Source: Tumidithrix helvetica PCC 7403 (lineage in GTDB: Bacteria; Cyanobacteriota; Cyanobacteriia; Pseudanabaenales; Pseudanabaenaceae). Taken from it: a stretch of DNA of 18,557 nt. The stretch is taken from the NCBI RefSeq assembly GCF_965232925.1, contig NZ_CBDDRA010000001.1, positions 128,001 through 146,557 on the forward strand, in the 5' to 3' direction. Of this stretch, positions 18,201-18,557 are shown in pieces. Made by a program: the position numbers and the translations under genes. Every line of letters starts with the position of its first letter. Position 1 is the first letter of the stretch. The notes under the pieces were generated by a model. That model saw only the letters and a list, made by a program, of their open reading frames with translations, was not told the DNA's origin and ran no database searches.

Positions 18201-18557
18201 GCATTTCAGGCTTCGCAAGAAGCCATAGCGATCACGCAAATCGAAAAACAGAGTGCTGAAGCGGAGAGACTATTTAAAACCCAAGAATTCCAAGCACTTC
18301 TACCCGCAATGAGAGCGACAAAACTGTTAAAGGCGATCGTCAAGGATTCAATGCATACCGAACAATATCCTTCTGTTAGTCCTCTTGGGGCTTTGCAATT
18401 AATTTTGAGAGATGGACAAGAACGCTTACAATTTCGGGCAACTGGTATTGTATTTTCGCCCGATGGTACGAAGCTGGCGACGAGTGGCAGTGACGGCACG
18501 GCTAGGATTTGGGATCTACAGGGCAACCAGATTGCGATTCTCAAAGGGCATCAAGGG
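15258..18557 (+). CDS. Large NLR-like multidomain protein, 3'-truncated at the window end (at least 1100 aa). An N-terminal domain of unknown function is followed by TPR-like helices, a STAND-class P-loop NTPase (Walker A VIHGDSGAGKSSIL; Walker B LTVLVFDQFEDFFF) and a helical region. A coiled coil (ELRKERKRRELAELAREQAEKEKE) and a predicted TM helix (VRIGSIILGIASIAAIGISIYA) come next, then the first WD40 repeat (IVFSPDGTKLATSGSDGTARIWDLQG).
   Basis: Hand translation in frame 0 from the ATG at 15258, 17 nt after the upstream stop, to nt 18557 found no stop; the frame was re-checked at 15597, 16551, 16938, 17163, 17820, 18090 and 18528. The frame-0 stop at 15225 precludes an earlier start. The ORF track does not list it because it has no in-window stop. 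The minus-strand ORFs listed here (RRRRR / PPP-rich) are antisense artefacts. Confidence 0.8.
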   Translation, partial: MDEEIASTATLNQNSLRLLKRVATNAQGFSLSIALCNYRSLQNRYLAELTAQLPDRAIATIELEPDATTLLTLVQDLMETVAHEPPERQPKVLMVLGLEEVKDVSAVLQSANRVREEFANCLDFPMVLWLNDRTQDILTRDASDLANWVTAGALEFRFTPAELVGFLRETTESLFARFLNPETDGMFRGGAIAKGLQKFELETAVKELQASGQVLNPELAANLDFAFGFCALLEKEFASAKQSFGKSLEVWRGRNALKQAACLFQVGVCDRTVAFHRRYDKVPFYRLARESFAEAIAIFRDLGRSDLVAEYLNFLMAVVEDLARLDRDLKRSPPAPLNKGGEFIRGKELFEELEGLAREALGLRQRYPNLLKEAHDRGMMAAVKIAFGEYVEAQQFAEGALALYREAERQQLPNLAWTRRYIYGLYEIWLARALAGQGKRAEAIAGLEGVRSQWRHQYDAQIYVGVLEELRSQYTQAGRYLDAFHTKQHQRSVEQQYGLRAFIGAGMLHPSREEVDPATAAIALRQPDGIAVEIVASGRKQNVEELVERIRQPRYPLTVIHGDSGAGKSSILNGGVVPALRSRETLDGRKVLVLTVNTYKEWSREIERQLQEFFGGARPELNPIEHFKRNVEENYLTVLVFDQFEDFFFKKEDFADRLPFYKFLRACLHTDFVRVVLSLREDYLHYLLECDRAVNLEKVENDILGKQIRYYLGDFTPEEARRVIESLTARAEVKLDADLCDRLVVDLTGDRGRVLPIELQVAGAQLESEEPQISTLAQYLALTSDVSQRKPSEVLVERWLENVVKDCGEGNQELAQRVLYALTGMEEKRPQKTQEELAAELLTSPPAPLLKGEGSKNESLLPLSHGERGLGGDVNLELVLAVLVGSGLAFRVSSTPEDRYQLIHDYLTGFIRKKYGIDVNAELRKERKRRELAELAREQAEKEKEIFAVANRKAGQRVRIGSIILGIASIAAIGISIYASKAFQASQEAIAITQIEKQSAEAERLFKTQEFQALLPAMRATKLLKAIVKDSMHTEQYPSVSPLGALQLILRDGQERLQFRATGIVFSPDGTKLATSGSDGTARIWDLQGNQIAILKGHQG
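16251..16281 (+). repeat. Copy 2 (short form) of the C5/G5 palindromic element, TCCCCCCCAGCCCCCCTTAATAAGGGGGGAG, inserted in frame in the large NTPase gene and encoding SPPAPLNKGGE.
   Basis: The palindrome CCCCCCTTA-A-TAAGGGGGG read directly; the reading frame is preserved. Confidence 0.6.
17788..17874 (+). repeat. Copy 3 (long form, two hairpins) of the C5/G5 palindromic element, inserted in frame in the large NTPase gene and encoding SPPAPLLKGEGSKNESLLPLSHGERGLGGD.
   Basis: Hairpin 1 is CCCCTCTCC-TAAAA-GGCGAGGGG. Hairpin 2 is CCCCCTCTCCC-ATG-GGGAGAGGGGG (11-bp perfect stem). Terminal motifs are TCCCCCTGCCCC and GGGGGCTGGGGGGA. Same frame and orientation as copy 2. Confidence 0.7.

Noticed and set aside
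15304-18544. Numerous minus-strand and off-frame plus-strand ORFs listed by the track (e.g. 16596-17312 -, 16288-16716 -, 17401-17787 -, 16541-17056 +) with Arg/Pro/Gly-rich low-complexity translations.
   Set aside because: They lie antisense or out of frame to the long, motif-rich frame-0 ORF (15258 to end). Their composition (RRRRR, PPPxPP) is the typical shadow of a GC-rich coding strand.
1-18557. CRISPR arrays, tRNA/rRNA genes, IS elements with transposase.
   Set aside because: None found. No regularly spaced direct repeats, no tRNA-like cloverleaf candidates noticed, no transposase/integrase-like ORFs. The only mobile-like features are the short palindromic dispersed repeats.

Overview
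This window is almost certainly cyanobacterial chromosome. The octamer GCGATCGC (HIP1) occurs every few hundred bp through most of it, and the genes are housekeeping photosynthetic-organism types: MenG/UbiE methyltransferase, apocarotenoid oxygenase, UbiC/Ycf21 chorismate lyase, an SLH-domain protein, and many His-kinase/WD40 type genes. Gene order, plus strand unless marked: a 5'-truncated hybrid histidine kinase (HisKA-HATPase-REC-Hpt); an SLH + L,D-transpeptidase lipo/secreted protein; an EgtD-like (Methyltransf_33) SAM methyltransferase; a translationally coupled ABC/AAA_21-type ATPase + small TOPRIM-like protein pair with atypical composition, a candidate defence module of the split-OLD / PARIS / AbiL type; a small acidic ORF; menG/ubiE (minus strand); a carotenoid cleavage oxygenase; rpmF (minus strand) with its terminator; a small zinc-ribbon/TM ORF (minus strand); an HdrB-like double-CCG protein; folC; a secreted repeat protein; chorismate lyase; a 448-aa P-loop NTPase; and a very large ORF (15258 to beyond the window end, at least 1100 aa) that the supplied ORF track does not list because it has no stop inside the window. 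That large ORF encodes an NLR-like protein: an N-terminal domain of unknown function, TPR-like helices, a STAND-type P-loop NTPase, a predicted transmembrane helix, then the start of WD40 repeats. Three copies of a short C5/G5-rich palindromic dispersed repeat (MITE/SDR-like) are present. One is intergenic, acting as a hairpin between convergent genes. Two are inserted in the same frame and orientation inside the large NTPase gene, each adding a SPPAPL(N/L)KG(G/E) peptide. No rRNA, tRNA or CRISPR array was seen. All domain calls are from motif recognition by eye; no searches could be run.
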